64,000 nt of DNA from Chloroflexota bacterium (GTDB lineage: Bacteria > Chloroflexota > Dehalococcoidia > GIF9 > AB-539-J10). Under the pieces are notes generated by a model, which worked only from the letters and a program-made list of their open reading frames with translations, ran no database searches and was not told where the DNA came from. Positions within the stretch are counted from its first letter, which is position 1; the number at the start of each line of letters is the position of its first letter. A program made the translations under genes and the position numbers. Where the stretch lies: positions 37,328 through 101,327 of the forward strand of contig JACAEN010000026.1 of the NCBI GenBank assembly GCA_013388845.1. The letters are read 5' to 3'. This document shows positions 10,823-20,038 of this stretch, piece by piece.

Positions 10823-12073
10823 TCATTGCTTGAATCTTTTTGCGATAACGACTGAATTGATGCCTAGCATTCCGAAGGAATTATTCAATATATAATCAAC
10901 CTTGTCAATCTTTTTCGGTTCATTAATAACAAAGTTGCTAAGACGACACTCAGGGTCCAAGTGGTCCAGATTTATCGTGGGATGGACAGTATTGTCTTCG
11001 AAAGAGGGTAAATTACCGGCTAATTCTAGGGCACCAGCAGCTCCCATAGCATGACCGATAAAACTTTTGGTGTTGTTTATATAGGCATGGGGATGTTCAC
11101 CAAAGACTTCTCTAATTGCCTGACATTCTACAGGGTCTCCTTCGATGGTACCTGTCCCATGGGTGTTGATGATATCAATGTCTTCTGGGGATATGCCGGC
11201 CTTGTTAAGGGCCAGTCTCATGCACTGGACTTGTCTTTCTTTATTGGGGAAAATAAAGTCAGCGGCATCTGAGTTAATAGCATAGCCCGCGATTTCACCG
11301 TAGATTTTAGCTCCTCTTTTGAGGGCATCGCTTAGTCTTTCCAGAACAAAGATACAGCCGCCTTCGGAAACAACCACACCATTTCTATCTTTATCGAAAG
11401 GACGGCATGCCTTGGTAGGGTCTGGGTGGGAAGCCAAAGCCCCTTCACTTCTAAAGCCAGCGAAAATACCAAAGGAGCCGGTGCACTCTGAAACCCCTCC
11501 ACCCAAGGCCAAATCGACTTCGTTCAGCAGCAGCATTTGTAAGCCGTGTATGAGCCCAATGTTGCCGCCAGCACAAGCAGCCCCCAAGGTGTAGTGTGGT
11601 CCCGTGATTCCCAGATTCAAGGTGACTTCACCAGCGGGATTATTAGCGACGACTCTAGGATTGTGATGGTGCGACCAATATTTCACGTCATAGTTAAATT
11701 GCTTAATTTCGTAGATTTCGTTTTCGGTTTCCACGGTGCCGTGTTCGGTAATCCCAAGATAGACACCAATCTTGGATTTGTCCAGGCAAGCAAGGTCCAA
11801 TTTGGCATCAGCTATTGCTTCTCGGGCACAGTAGATGGCGATGGAGCCTGCCCTCGTCCCCCGACGCAATTCCTTCTTTTTTTGATACTTCAAGGGGTCA
11901 AAGTGGCATATGCCTGCCAGTACATCACCCATATAGCGGATATTTAATTTTTGTATGCCGGATTTCCCCTCAAGCAAACTTTTTCGAAATTCCGCCAGAT
12001 TATTCCCGTTGGGCGCTGTTAAACCAACTCCGGTTATTACAATTCGCGTTTCGTTAGGTTCCTTTGCGACCAT
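10823..12073 (-). CDS. beta-ketoacyl-ACP synthase (KAS I/II, FabF/FabB-like)
   Basis: 416 aa with active-site ACAGG, HGTGT and GHAMGAAG motifs. Confidence 0.85.
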   Translation of the reverse strand: MVAKEPNETRIVITGVGLTAPNGNNLAEFRKSLLEGKSGIQKLNIRYMGDVLAGICHFDPLKYQKKKELRRGTRAGSIAIYCAREAIADAKLDLACLDKSKIGVYLGITEHGTVETENEIYEIKQFNYDVKYWSHHHNPRVVANNPAGEVTLNLGITGPHYTLGAACAGGNIGLIHGLQMLLLNEVDLALGGGVSECTGSFGIFAGFRSEGALASHPDPTKACRPFDKDRNGVVVSEGGCIFVLERLSDALKRGAKIYGEIAGYAINSDAADFIFPNKERQVQCMRLALNKAGISPEDIDIINTHGTGTIEGDPVECQAIREVFGEHPHAYINNTKSFIGHAMGAAGALELAGNLPSFEDNTVHPTINLDHLDPECRLSNFVINEPKKIDKVDYILNNSFGMLGINSVVIAKRFKQ

Positions 12074-12184
12074 ATCAGACCGGAACTTGAAAAAATATAT
12101 ATCAAAATACTTTGAGGAGACTCAAGCGCATCGCTGTTCGAAGGTGTACTTATCTGAGCTCATCTCGATGGGGGTCGTTTTTCG

Positions 12185-13234
12185 CTACCATTCCAGACCC
12201 AGCATAAGACAGACCAGACCACTGCCAATCCCTAGCATAGCAACCTTGTCACCAGATTTAAGTAGCCCCTGGTCAGTTCCGATAGCCATGGTAATGGGCA
12301 GAGAAACCGAGCCGATGTTCCCCAAATATTCCACAGTGGAAAAGTTTTTTGTGTAATCTAGTCCTAGGGTCTTGAACAGCAGTTTACTATGCGTAGCGCT
12401 AACCTGATGAGTAAAGAACCTATCTACATTGGAGTTCATCCACCCCAGCTCTTGTTTTGTAGCCTCCCAGGTGTCAGGTGCCAGTTTCAGTCCATTTTTC
12501 AGGACCTCTTCATAGTCTGTGCGCATGTCCGGGAGCTCGGCCAAGTCAAAGAAAGAGGCATCAGTGTCTATGCGACAAAGGCCATTATGTTGTGAAGCGG
12601 ACCGCGTCACTCCGCCGAGAAGCCTATGACCATCTTGCGATAAGGAGGAGTGGGTTAACACCGCTGCCACTGCTCCTGACCCCAAAGTTAGAGTGGCAAA
12701 GGCGAGCTTGAGCTTATCTTTCGTGATGTCGGAGTCTTTCAGGAGTTTATCGATCGTGGCCTCAACAAGAAGTCTACTGCTCTCACAGCCAACCACGACC
12801 CCAGCTTTTACCTGTCCCAACTCAATCATATTTGCCAGGGTTACCATGCCGTTGATGAACCCCAGGCAAGCATTGGAGATATCAAAGATAGTAGCCGTGG
12901 GAGGAAGGCCCAAAGAGTCATGGACCACGGTAGCTGTCGCTGGCTCCAAGAAATCACGCGATACCGAGGTATGGAGCAGGCATCCGATATCCTCTTTTCT
13001 GACTCCAGACTTACTAATGGCTTTTTCTGCTGCTTTTATACTGGCCTGACTGGGCGTTACGCCGTCGTCCCAGAATCGCCGTTCGCGAATTCCAGTGATC
13101 ATTTCTAGGCGCCCGTAGGAAAGTTTAAATTTGTCGTATATCGGGGCCAGTCTTTCTTCCAGGCTTAGAGACGTGACGATATTTTCAGGAAGTTCGTAAC
13201 CAAAAGACTCAACACAGACCTTTTCGTACCGCAT
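12185..13234 (-). CDS. 3-oxoacyl-ACP synthase III (FabH-like)
   Basis: 349 aa with ITGIRERRF, the Cys motif NACLGF, THQVS and GNIGS. Confidence 0.7.
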   Translation of the reverse strand: MRYEKVCVESFGYELPENIVTSLSLEERLAPIYDKFKLSYGRLEMITGIRERRFWDDGVTPSQASIKAAEKAISKSGVRKEDIGCLLHTSVSRDFLEPATATVVHDSLGLPPTATIFDISNACLGFINGMVTLANMIELGQVKAGVVVGCESSRLLVEATIDKLLKDSDITKDKLKLAFATLTLGSGAVAAVLTHSSLSQDGHRLLGGVTRSASQHNGLCRIDTDASFFDLAELPDMRTDYEEVLKNGLKLAPDTWEATKQELGWMNSNVDRFFTHQVSATHSKLLFKTLGLDYTKNFSTVEYLGNIGSVSLPITMAIGTDQGLLKSGDKVAMLGIGSGLVCLMLGLEW

Positions 13235-13305
13235 TCAGTACCCTACTTCTCCCTCACCAATACCGTGAGGAGCTACGATGAAAACAGCTATATCAACTCG
13301 CAGGC

Positions 13306-13731
13306 TTACTTTTGCCTGCTCGGCACCAATTTCGGAATGTGAAACTTGGTTCTAAGATTCTCCCATCTCCCCATAGATTCCGGGGGAATTATCTCGTCTG
13401 GAATGTACTTTCCTACTCCAGCCAGGACAGCACAGACCTTTCTGGAGTTCGCAACTTCGTCAGGGACGTACTCGTCGGCGGTAGCTATAAGGTTAGAGAG
13501 GAGCCTCCGAGGAGCCAATCTCTCGACCCACTTAATTGCGAAGGAAATTAGCCTATTTGGCACACGTTTATCCAAAAAGTTAAGGGCGAAAAGCAACAAC
13601 CTATCGGGGGCGTATTTATCCACTATTTTCACAAAAAGACGGAACCCCTTCTTTGCCAGGGACCTGATTATAAAATCAAACTTGGGCTTTTTTTCCTGTA
13701 ATGCCGTGTCCTCTGTCATGTCCTCTCTCAC
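13306..13731 (-). CDS. hypothetical protein with internal ~15-aa tandem repeats
   Basis: 141 aa. The repeated motif is KYAPDRLLLFALNFL / KRVPNRLISFAIKWV / ERLAPRRLLSNLIAT / DEYVPDE / KYIPDE. It sits at the head of the FAS-like operon. Confidence 0.4.
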   Translation of the reverse strand: MREDMTEDTALQEKKPKFDFIIRSLAKKGFRLFVKIVDKYAPDRLLLFALNFLDKRVPNRLISFAIKWVERLAPRRLLSNLIATADEYVPDEVANSRKVCAVLAGVGKYIPDEIIPPESMGRWENLRTKFHIPKLVPSRQK

Positions 13732-13799
13732 CGAGATATTATATTTTTATCATTTTTACTGCTATTTGTCAATCACGATAACTTACCTCTACCGCTGCG

Positions 13800-14061
13800 G
13801 AGGCTGAGATACATGGGTAATACTCATGGCATGGTTAGTAGTGATACTAAGTTAGCATGAAGAGTTACGAGATGACAAAGCCGGTCAGCTTCTCCCCCGA
13901 TGCTAATTGGAGAAAAACCATTGTCCCGACCTGTCGCGATAACTTCAACCGCCCGCACCAATCACTTGGCTACCTTGTTCTATGCAGCATAATGAAAAGC
14001 AACTTACCAAGATGTGTAGTCCAGTGTTACCCGTGTGGTCGGCCAGCACGCGGTATTGACA
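13800..14061. repeat. ~250-bp dispersed repeat, copy 1 (3' end = TTGACA)
   Basis: About 80-85% identical by eye to 27901-28166 and 48701-48929. It begins ..gctgagatacatgggtaa and ends ..gtggtc(a/g)gccagcac..attgaca. There is no conserved ORF across the copies. Confidence 0.6.
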
Positions 14062-14083
14062 CTTCCTTCACTATTGATATAAT
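14056..14083 (+). promoter_or_regulatory. sigma70-like promoter (TTGACA-16-TATAAT); -35 contributed by repeat copy 1
   Basis: ttgaca 14056-61 and tataat 14078-83. It is ~185 nt upstream of the 14269 ORF. Confidence 0.4.
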
Positions 14084-14268
14084 ATCTCATGCAATAGTAG
14101 TGTAAGACTAATGTGCAGTTGAAGTCAAATGTGTGCATCAGAGGATTGTCATAATTCTCATCAAGCTCAGTCGAGCATATATAGACCTGTGAATTCAGCT
14201 CTCTCTTCCTATAGCGACGAAATTTGCAATCTGCGTCGACCTGGTCAGAAAAGGAGACAGGAAACTCC

Positions 14269-14535
14269 ATGCCATGTAGAATCGGAATAACCACAGACCC
14301 GGAAGGAAGACGGGAATACTGGCAAAAGCAAGCCGCAGGTTTTGACAATTGGCAGATACTGGAAATCTTCAGAAGCAGAGCGGCAGCGAAGGAATACCAG
14401 ACCGAGTATGCCTTAAGACATGGATGTGAGGCAGCACTAGGCGATCTCGATGCGCCTGTCACAGCTAGGGAATTAGCGACTGAGCACGACTGGTGGTATG
14501 TCTACCACTTTGATTACGTCCTCAAGGCAGACTAA
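14269..14535 (+). CDS. hypothetical protein
   Basis: 88 aa (MPCRIGITTDPEGRREYWQKQ...). An AAGGAG RBS lies ~10 nt upstream. The track start 14224 has no RBS. Confidence 0.35.
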   Translation: MPCRIGITTDPEGRREYWQKQAAGFDNWQILEIFRSRAAAKEYQTEYALRHGCEAALGDLDAPVTARELATEHDWWYVYHFDYVLKAD

Positions 14536-14769
14536 TCAGATGCTGAGCAAACCGCATTGAAGTCCCTTTCCTTGGCCTTCACAGAACGATTATGGTGACA
14601 AAAGGGAGGAGAGACCTCCGTCAGCTATCCCGGGGACACAACACCTAATTTGCACTAGGCCTAGTCCTTCACCTTGTGAAGGATGGTGTCCCCGGAATTA
14701 CAAAAATAATCCCTCGCTCAGTCGGTGGCGACCTGCATCACGGTCTGACTTAAAGAGGCGGAAGCAGAG

Positions 14770-16086
14770 TTAAGCTGGCTTCTTGAGCTTTCCCGGGCCA
14801 AATGAAGAGTAATCCAGGTCATAAAATTGCCGGCATACGGTAAATAAACCATACTGCACGCCACCTAAAACTATTTTGGCTTCCGCAGAATCACGATAAT
14901 ACTTCTCGTAGTTGTTTTCACGGACATAACCGAAGGAACCCATGAGCTCCATCCCTCTCAGGATTAGTTCTGACGCTTTCCTGGTAATAAATACATGCAC
15001 CGCATGTCCTTTAGCTGCCATACTTACCGAATCCCAGGGGCCGTAAATCTCCCGATGGTCAAACTGATAGGCCAGTTCCAAAAAGGCGGCCCTGGCCACA
15101 GTTATTACCGATGCCATCTCGCCCAATATGACAGCCGATGAAAGGTGCTGGTTGATTGGTTTGCCGCCTACTACCCTCTTTCCTGTATAGTCAAGAAGGA
15201 CATCGAAGGCTCCTTGCAAAATACCTGTGGCATGCCCCGAGTTCATAGCCATAGGAGCAGCCAAGATTTCTTGAAAGATAGCCCAAGCTTCAGGCCCCTG
15301 TAGTCCCCACTCCTTGGGCACCCTGACATTATCAAAATAGGTAGAGGTGTTTCGGTCAGCTTGCATGCCACATTTGACCTCAAATTTGCCATGGGAAACG
15401 CCAGGCCAGGGTTCGGGAACATAAATCAAGGCAAAGCCATCTATCCCCAGCCTCGGGTCCATATTACAAACCACGCAATTGAGGTCAGCTATGCCACTAT
15501 TAGATGCCCAAAACTTGGTCCCGTTTATTACCCATTCGTTACCTTCAAGTTTAGCCCTCACCCCTATCGTTCTGCCTTCATTCAAGGTATTCTCAATATC
15601 AACGGCCGACTCGACTTCGCTAAAGTTCATGCAGGCAACGGCTAACTCTTTGCCGGTGAACTTGGGAGCAAACTCATCAAGCACCGCTTTCGCCCATGCT
15701 TTTGCCCGCCGAGAAAAGGGGCCGATATAGGCTGTAAAAGCCGGTTGCCACCCCCAGTCGGTGCAGGCACTGTGCATACTTATGCCATAGTCGCCGCGCC
15801 CTATCTGCTCTTGCCTTAAGGCAGCGCCAACAACGGTACTCCTCTCCCCAGTGCCACCATACTCCTCCGGTATCATGCTTTTCTGGCAACCAAGGTCTAC
15901 CTGTAATTTCTTCAGGATGGGAGTAATTATTTTTTCATGTGTTACGTCATCATCAATCTTGGCGCGAACTGGCATAATCTCCTTGTCAGTAAAATCAGCA
16001 AACACCTTCTGCAGCATCCGTTGCTCTTCATTAACAAAACACTCCGGGTATTGTAATTTGTACCATTGACTGCTCTGATTTAACAC
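14770..16086 (-). CDS. acyl-CoA (or acyl-ACP) dehydrogenase family protein
   Basis: 438 aa with the ACAD fold and a TKFWASNSG motif; the C-terminal helical domain is present. Confidence 0.75.
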   Translation of the reverse strand: MLNQSSQWYKLQYPECFVNEEQRMLQKVFADFTDKEIMPVRAKIDDDVTHEKIITPILKKLQVDLGCQKSMIPEEYGGTGERSTVVGAALRQEQIGRGDYGISMHSACTDWGWQPAFTAYIGPFSRRAKAWAKAVLDEFAPKFTGKELAVACMNFSEVESAVDIENTLNEGRTIGVRAKLEGNEWVINGTKFWASNSGIADLNCVVCNMDPRLGIDGFALIYVPEPWPGVSHGKFEVKCGMQADRNTSTYFDNVRVPKEWGLQGPEAWAIFQEILAAPMAMNSGHATGILQGAFDVLLDYTGKRVVGGKPINQHLSSAVILGEMASVITVARAAFLELAYQFDHREIYGPWDSVSMAAKGHAVHVFITRKASELILRGMELMGSFGYVRENNYEKYYRDSAEAKIVLGGVQYGLFTVCRQFYDLDYSSFGPGKLKKPA

Positions 16087-16396
16087 TTATCCCTCCTTTG
16101 AATGCGCACTTCTTGTCAAGTTCTGCACTTCGATATTAGATTCCTTCGGTTAATAGATGCTCTAATCCATGATTACCCTCCTTCCCAATCTTTTTTAGCC
16201 CTCCTTTGCTATGTAATACACCGTCACCCATGTTGAAAAACTCGTTATCCAAAGTACTGCCGCCAGTGTGAGCCAAAGTATTACCTATTCAACGAGGCTT
16301 GCAAGCCTTGTCCAGAGAGTCTGATAGATAGTCAAACTCATGCCTGAAGGCTTCCAATTTACTTCGTCTCTTATATTTAATGCCTTAGTCTGGTAG

Positions 16397-17146
16397 TCAA
16401 ATAGCAATTTCCTGCCTCAAGGCTTCCACGATTCCCTTAACTTTTTTCTTATGTTCCTCTCTACCTATAGTGTAGGAATGCGGAACCCAATTCATGTCCT
16501 GCAGATTCTTCACTATATTGGGAAGCAAAACCCGGGGGATGGATATAAGCAGCAGACCCTCCGGAAATAGCCTTCTTGACCTCATGCCGAAACTAAAACC
16601 GGGCATCATGAAATTCAATTCGCCACTTACATATGGGTAAATATATAGCCAGGCGCACGCTGCCACCGATGTCCCCTTAGCGGACCACATATTCCCCGTC
16701 GTATAGCTGTTTGCCCTCAGTATGACTTCTGCTTGACTCGGGTCGGCGGTGACAATTAATACGTCTGGCTCGAATGACAGTTTGTCTAAAGGAGAGAAAG
16801 TAACGTAGTTAACGGTATCCTTAGCCAGTCTCGGAATGAACTGATAGATTCTTCTGTTGGCACGTGCTTCCTTAAAGACTTCTAACTTAGGTCCTACTCG
16901 TCCGCTCTCGAAAATTGGGTCACTATCCACCATACCCAATATCAGCGGCCCTATACACGTGAAGTTCTCTTTTGTTACATAAAAAGTGCTGCCATCTTGT
17001 GCTTCTACAAGCATCTCACAAAAATCTAGAATCTTGTCTAACTTTTTAATTCCATCCGGTTTAGTAGGTAAGAACTTAACACCTACGGGTTTCCTCTCAA
17101 ATTTAAATTTGTTGAATATGGATAAGTCCTGTTGTATCGAACTCAC
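16397..17146 (-). CDS. DUF169 domain protein
   Basis: 249 aa. KPVGVKF...FCE...G..F....E.F.C.GP is consistent with DUF169 (COG2043). Confidence 0.55.
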   Translation of the reverse strand: MSSIQQDLSIFNKFKFERKPVGVKFLPTKPDGIKKLDKILDFCEMLVEAQDGSTFYVTKENFTCIGPLILGMVDSDPIFESGRVGPKLEVFKEARANRRIYQFIPRLAKDTVNYVTFSPLDKLSFEPDVLIVTADPSQAEVILRANSYTTGNMWSAKGTSVAACAWLYIYPYVSGELNFMMPGFSFGMRSRRLFPEGLLLISIPRVLLPNIVKNLQDMNWVPHSYTIGREEHKKKVKGIVEALRQEIAI

Positions 17147-17186
17147 ATCAATCTCCTTTTGGTTTCAGAATATGCCTGAGCGTGAC

Positions 17187-17969
17187 TTACTGCACTACAT
17201 GGTGACCGCAATTGACAACAAGCGTGTGCCCGGTTATCCCACTAGACTCGTCTGAAGCCAAGAACACTGCAGCAGCAGCTACCTCAGCTTCTTCAGTCGG
17301 TCTCTGGAGAGAATAGTTTGCAGTAATCTTGCTCATTAACTCTTCAAAAGGAACACCCGTAGCCTCGGACCTGCCCGTTACCACATTAGTAAGACGTTCT
17401 CCCCTGACCGCAGCAGGGCTAATGCAGTTGACACGAATGTTGTATTGTCCCACCTCGATAGCCAGTGTTTCGGTCAATCCAATGATCCCCCACTTAGAGA
17501 CACAGTAAGGACTTCTCATAGGATACCCAAACCTTCCCCCATCGCTACCCATGTTTATTATATTGCCCTTTCTGCGCGGAATCATGTGTTTAAGCACTTC
17601 CCTGGCACACAGCATACTCCCGGTTAGATTAATGGCCAGCACCTCGTTCCAATCCTGCAGTCTCAGGTCAACGACATTAACAGTAGGTCCAGCAATGCCA
17701 CTATTGTTAACCAGTATATCGACCTTGCCATAGTCATTAAGGGTTTCGGCTACCAGCCGCTGTACTTGCTTTTCATCAGAGACGTCGGTTTGTATGGCTT
17801 TTGCCCTACCTCCTCCTGATTTAATCTTCTCAACGGTCTCATCTAACCTCGAGACTGTCCGAGCGGCTATGACTACTATTGCCCCCTCATAAGCAAAGGC
17901 CATCGAGATAGCCTTGCCGATACCTCTCCCACCGCCAGTAACGATAGCTACTTTATCTTTTAATCGCAT
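17187..17969 (-). CDS. SDR family oxidoreductase
   Basis: 260 aa with TGGGRGIGKAI, NNSG and YCVSKWG (YxxxK). Confidence 0.75.
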   Translation of the reverse strand: MRLKDKVAIVTGGGRGIGKAISMAFAYEGAIVVIAARTVSRLDETVEKIKSGGGRAKAIQTDVSDEKQVQRLVAETLNDYGKVDILVNNSGIAGPTVNVVDLRLQDWNEVLAINLTGSMLCAREVLKHMIPRRKGNIINMGSDGGRFGYPMRSPYCVSKWGIIGLTETLAIEVGQYNIRVNCISPAAVRGERLTNVVTGRSEATGVPFEELMSKITANYSLQRPTEEAEVAAAAVFLASDESSGITGHTLVVNCGHHVVQ

Positions 17970-18139
17970 GTATTGTACCTCCCTTAAGCGCTAACTTGAT
18001 GTCTATATAATTCTTATATAACAAGCCGTGGTCGCCCAGCAGGCTGCAAAACAGACATATGGTCACGCCTCAACGGCACACACGCGACGTAGAGCATCCC
18101 TTCCGCTGTCTCTTTGTTAATTTATTTCTTTAATCGAGG

Positions 18140-18925
18140 TCAATGGCTGTACCAATCGGGGTAGATTTGTGTAAGAATTACAGACGGGTCGCACAGAGGT
18201 CCAAGATACATGACGGGATATCTGATTCCTCTTTTTCGAAGGGCTTGCAAACCTTCGACCGCCTTGGCCATCATTCCCGGTGGCAGCGCCATAACCATTT
18301 CATCTTCGGTAACAGTGCCGAATGCTCTCTCTCCCATGCAGGGAATAGCCAGGGCAGGCTTGCCAGTGGTATAACACTGAGCTAAGCCATCGGCGCAAGA
18401 GCCTTCACCGATGAAGAAAAACTGAAAGCGCTCGTAGTCTTTAAACTGGAGCCCGTTCATCAGCAACATCATCTGGGCAGGATTACCGTAGATTAAGATA
18501 ACGTCAGGGGCAAACTTCACCGAACCTAGTGGGGCGAGCACGATGGCCTCTCCAGGCGGAACCAGGGGATATACCACCATCTGCCTTCTGGCTTCTTCCA
18601 CGTTGGCAAACCAGGTATTGCCGAAGGCAGTTGCCTCCCAGGCGACCTCTTTTTTAGTAGTAGCTGCCAGACCAGAGATTCGAGCACAGCGCTCACCGAG
18701 GTTGTCTCTTGTCAATCCTACAGTCATGCCTCCCATTCGAGCCAACGCTGGTGCTTGGCAAAAAGAAGCTCTTCGATTGAGTCGCATCACGCCCGGTATT
18801 TTCTCCAGCTCTTTTACTTTCTCCAGTCTCTTGTAGGCAACGGGGGTTGTTTTGAGACGAAGCAAGCACTCCATCTCTTGGGTAAGCTTTGCCCAGTCAA
18901 CCACTGTAGCTTCTTTTTTCTTCAC
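18140..18925 (-). CDS. DUF169 domain protein (second copy)
   Basis: 261 aa, related to 16397..17146 (...VAYKRL...FCQ...G...E.C...). Confidence 0.55.
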   Translation of the reverse strand: MKKKEATVVDWAKLTQEMECLLRLKTTPVAYKRLEKVKELEKIPGVMRLNRRASFCQAPALARMGGMTVGLTRDNLGERCARISGLAATTKKEVAWEATAFGNTWFANVEEARRQMVVYPLVPPGEAIVLAPLGSVKFAPDVILIYGNPAQMMLLMNGLQFKDYERFQFFFIGEGSCADGLAQCYTTGKPALAIPCMGERAFGTVTEDEMVMALPPGMMAKAVEGLQALRKRGIRYPVMYLGPLCDPSVILTQIYPDWYSH

Positions 18926-19261
18926 TTGTTTCCTCCCTTTTTAGTTCGTTATTTAGCAAAACAATGATAAGCAGCTTAGCATGTGATTGTCAATATTACA
19001 CGCTCGGTTTTGTCAATTGGCCTTTCATGAGCGAACCAAGTTAAAGCTCTAAGCCAGTCTAAGAGACAGAAGTATTTGGGATTCGATTGAAGTATCCAGT
19101 GATTCATAGGCATTCAGTCTCCAAATCCGCGGCTGAACCACCAGCCAGCCAAAACATAAATCTTGCTCCCTCTTAAGTATGGCACTTGCTAGGTCAGTGA
19201 AGTCTGAGAATAGCTTGAGGCAAGTCCTGTAAAATGCTATTGTATTAGGTGGCTTTCCATC

Positions 19262-19346
19262 GGGGAAGTGTCGGAATTGGCAGACGAGCATGACTTAGGA
19301 TCATGTGCTGAAAGGCGTGGGGGTTCGAGTCCCCCCTTCCCCACCA
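19262..19346 (+). tRNA. tRNA-Leu (anticodon UAG)
   Basis: The acceptor stem GGGGAAG/CTTCCCC pairs correctly. The D-stem is TCG/CGA. The anticodon stem CATGA/TCATG closes a CTTAGGA loop, giving anticodon TAG. It has a 13-nt type-II variable arm, a GGGGG-TTCGAGT-CCCCC T-arm, discriminator A and an encoded CCA. Confidence 0.85.
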
Positions 19347-19388
19347 GTATAGGTACCTAGAAACCGTGATAGATTAAGGAGTCGCAAG

Positions 19389-19955
19389 ATGAAAGTCATA
19401 GGTATAGTCGGCAGTCCCAGGAAGAATGGCAACACAGAATTGTTAACCAAACATACGCTTAAAGCAATCTCTGAAGAAGGGTTGGATACTGAGCTTATTC
19501 GCTTAGCTGGCCTGGAAATAAAACCGTGCACTGCCTGTATGGCCTGCAAGAAACAAGAGCTTTGCTCTATCAAGGATGACCTATTTCCTATATACCTCAG
19601 AATGAAAGAAGTCGATGGTATAATTCTAGCTTCACCGGTATATTATGGCTCAGCTACGTCGCTGATTAAGGCACTTATGGAGCGTGTTGGCTACATCGCA
19701 CACTGGAATGGTGAACCCTTCCACGGTAAAGTTGGTGGCCCACTGGTGGTGGCGCGCCGCGCCGGCCAGAACCTCACAATCGCTCAACTTACCTTGTGGT
19801 TTCAGATTCTGGGGTTCTTTATTCCTGGCTCTACGTACTGGAATGTGGCTTTCGGCCGAGAAAAAGGCGAAGTTAAACAGGATGAAGAAGGACTCCAAAC
19901 AGCCTGGAATTTTGGCAAAAATATGGCCTTTCTAATCAAGAAGTTGAGCGCTTGA
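19389..19955 (+). CDS. iron-sulfur flavoprotein (Isf) / NADPH-dependent FMN reductase family
   Basis: 188 aa with a flavodoxin-like N-terminus (IGIVGSPRKNGNTE) and the compact Cys motif C-x2-C-x2-C-x5-C (CTACMACKKQELC). Confidence 0.65.
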   Translation: MKVIGIVGSPRKNGNTELLTKHTLKAISEEGLDTELIRLAGLEIKPCTACMACKKQELCSIKDDLFPIYLRMKEVDGIILASPVYYGSATSLIKALMERVGYIAHWNGEPFHGKVGGPLVVARRAGQNLTIAQLTLWFQILGFFIPGSTYWNVAFGREKGEVKQDEEGLQTAWNFGKNMAFLIKKLSA

Positions 19956-20038
19956 CATAATCACACAGTCGGCGAGATTGTGTGAATAACACATTACCTG
20001 CTTTCTCAGACTTTCCAAGGAATCTACCAGCGGTGCCA

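Noticed and set aside
13857-14105. 82-aa ORF lying inside copy 1 of the 250-bp repeat
   Set aside because: The corresponding frames in copies 2 and 3 are broken by stops or indels. The element is therefore non-coding.
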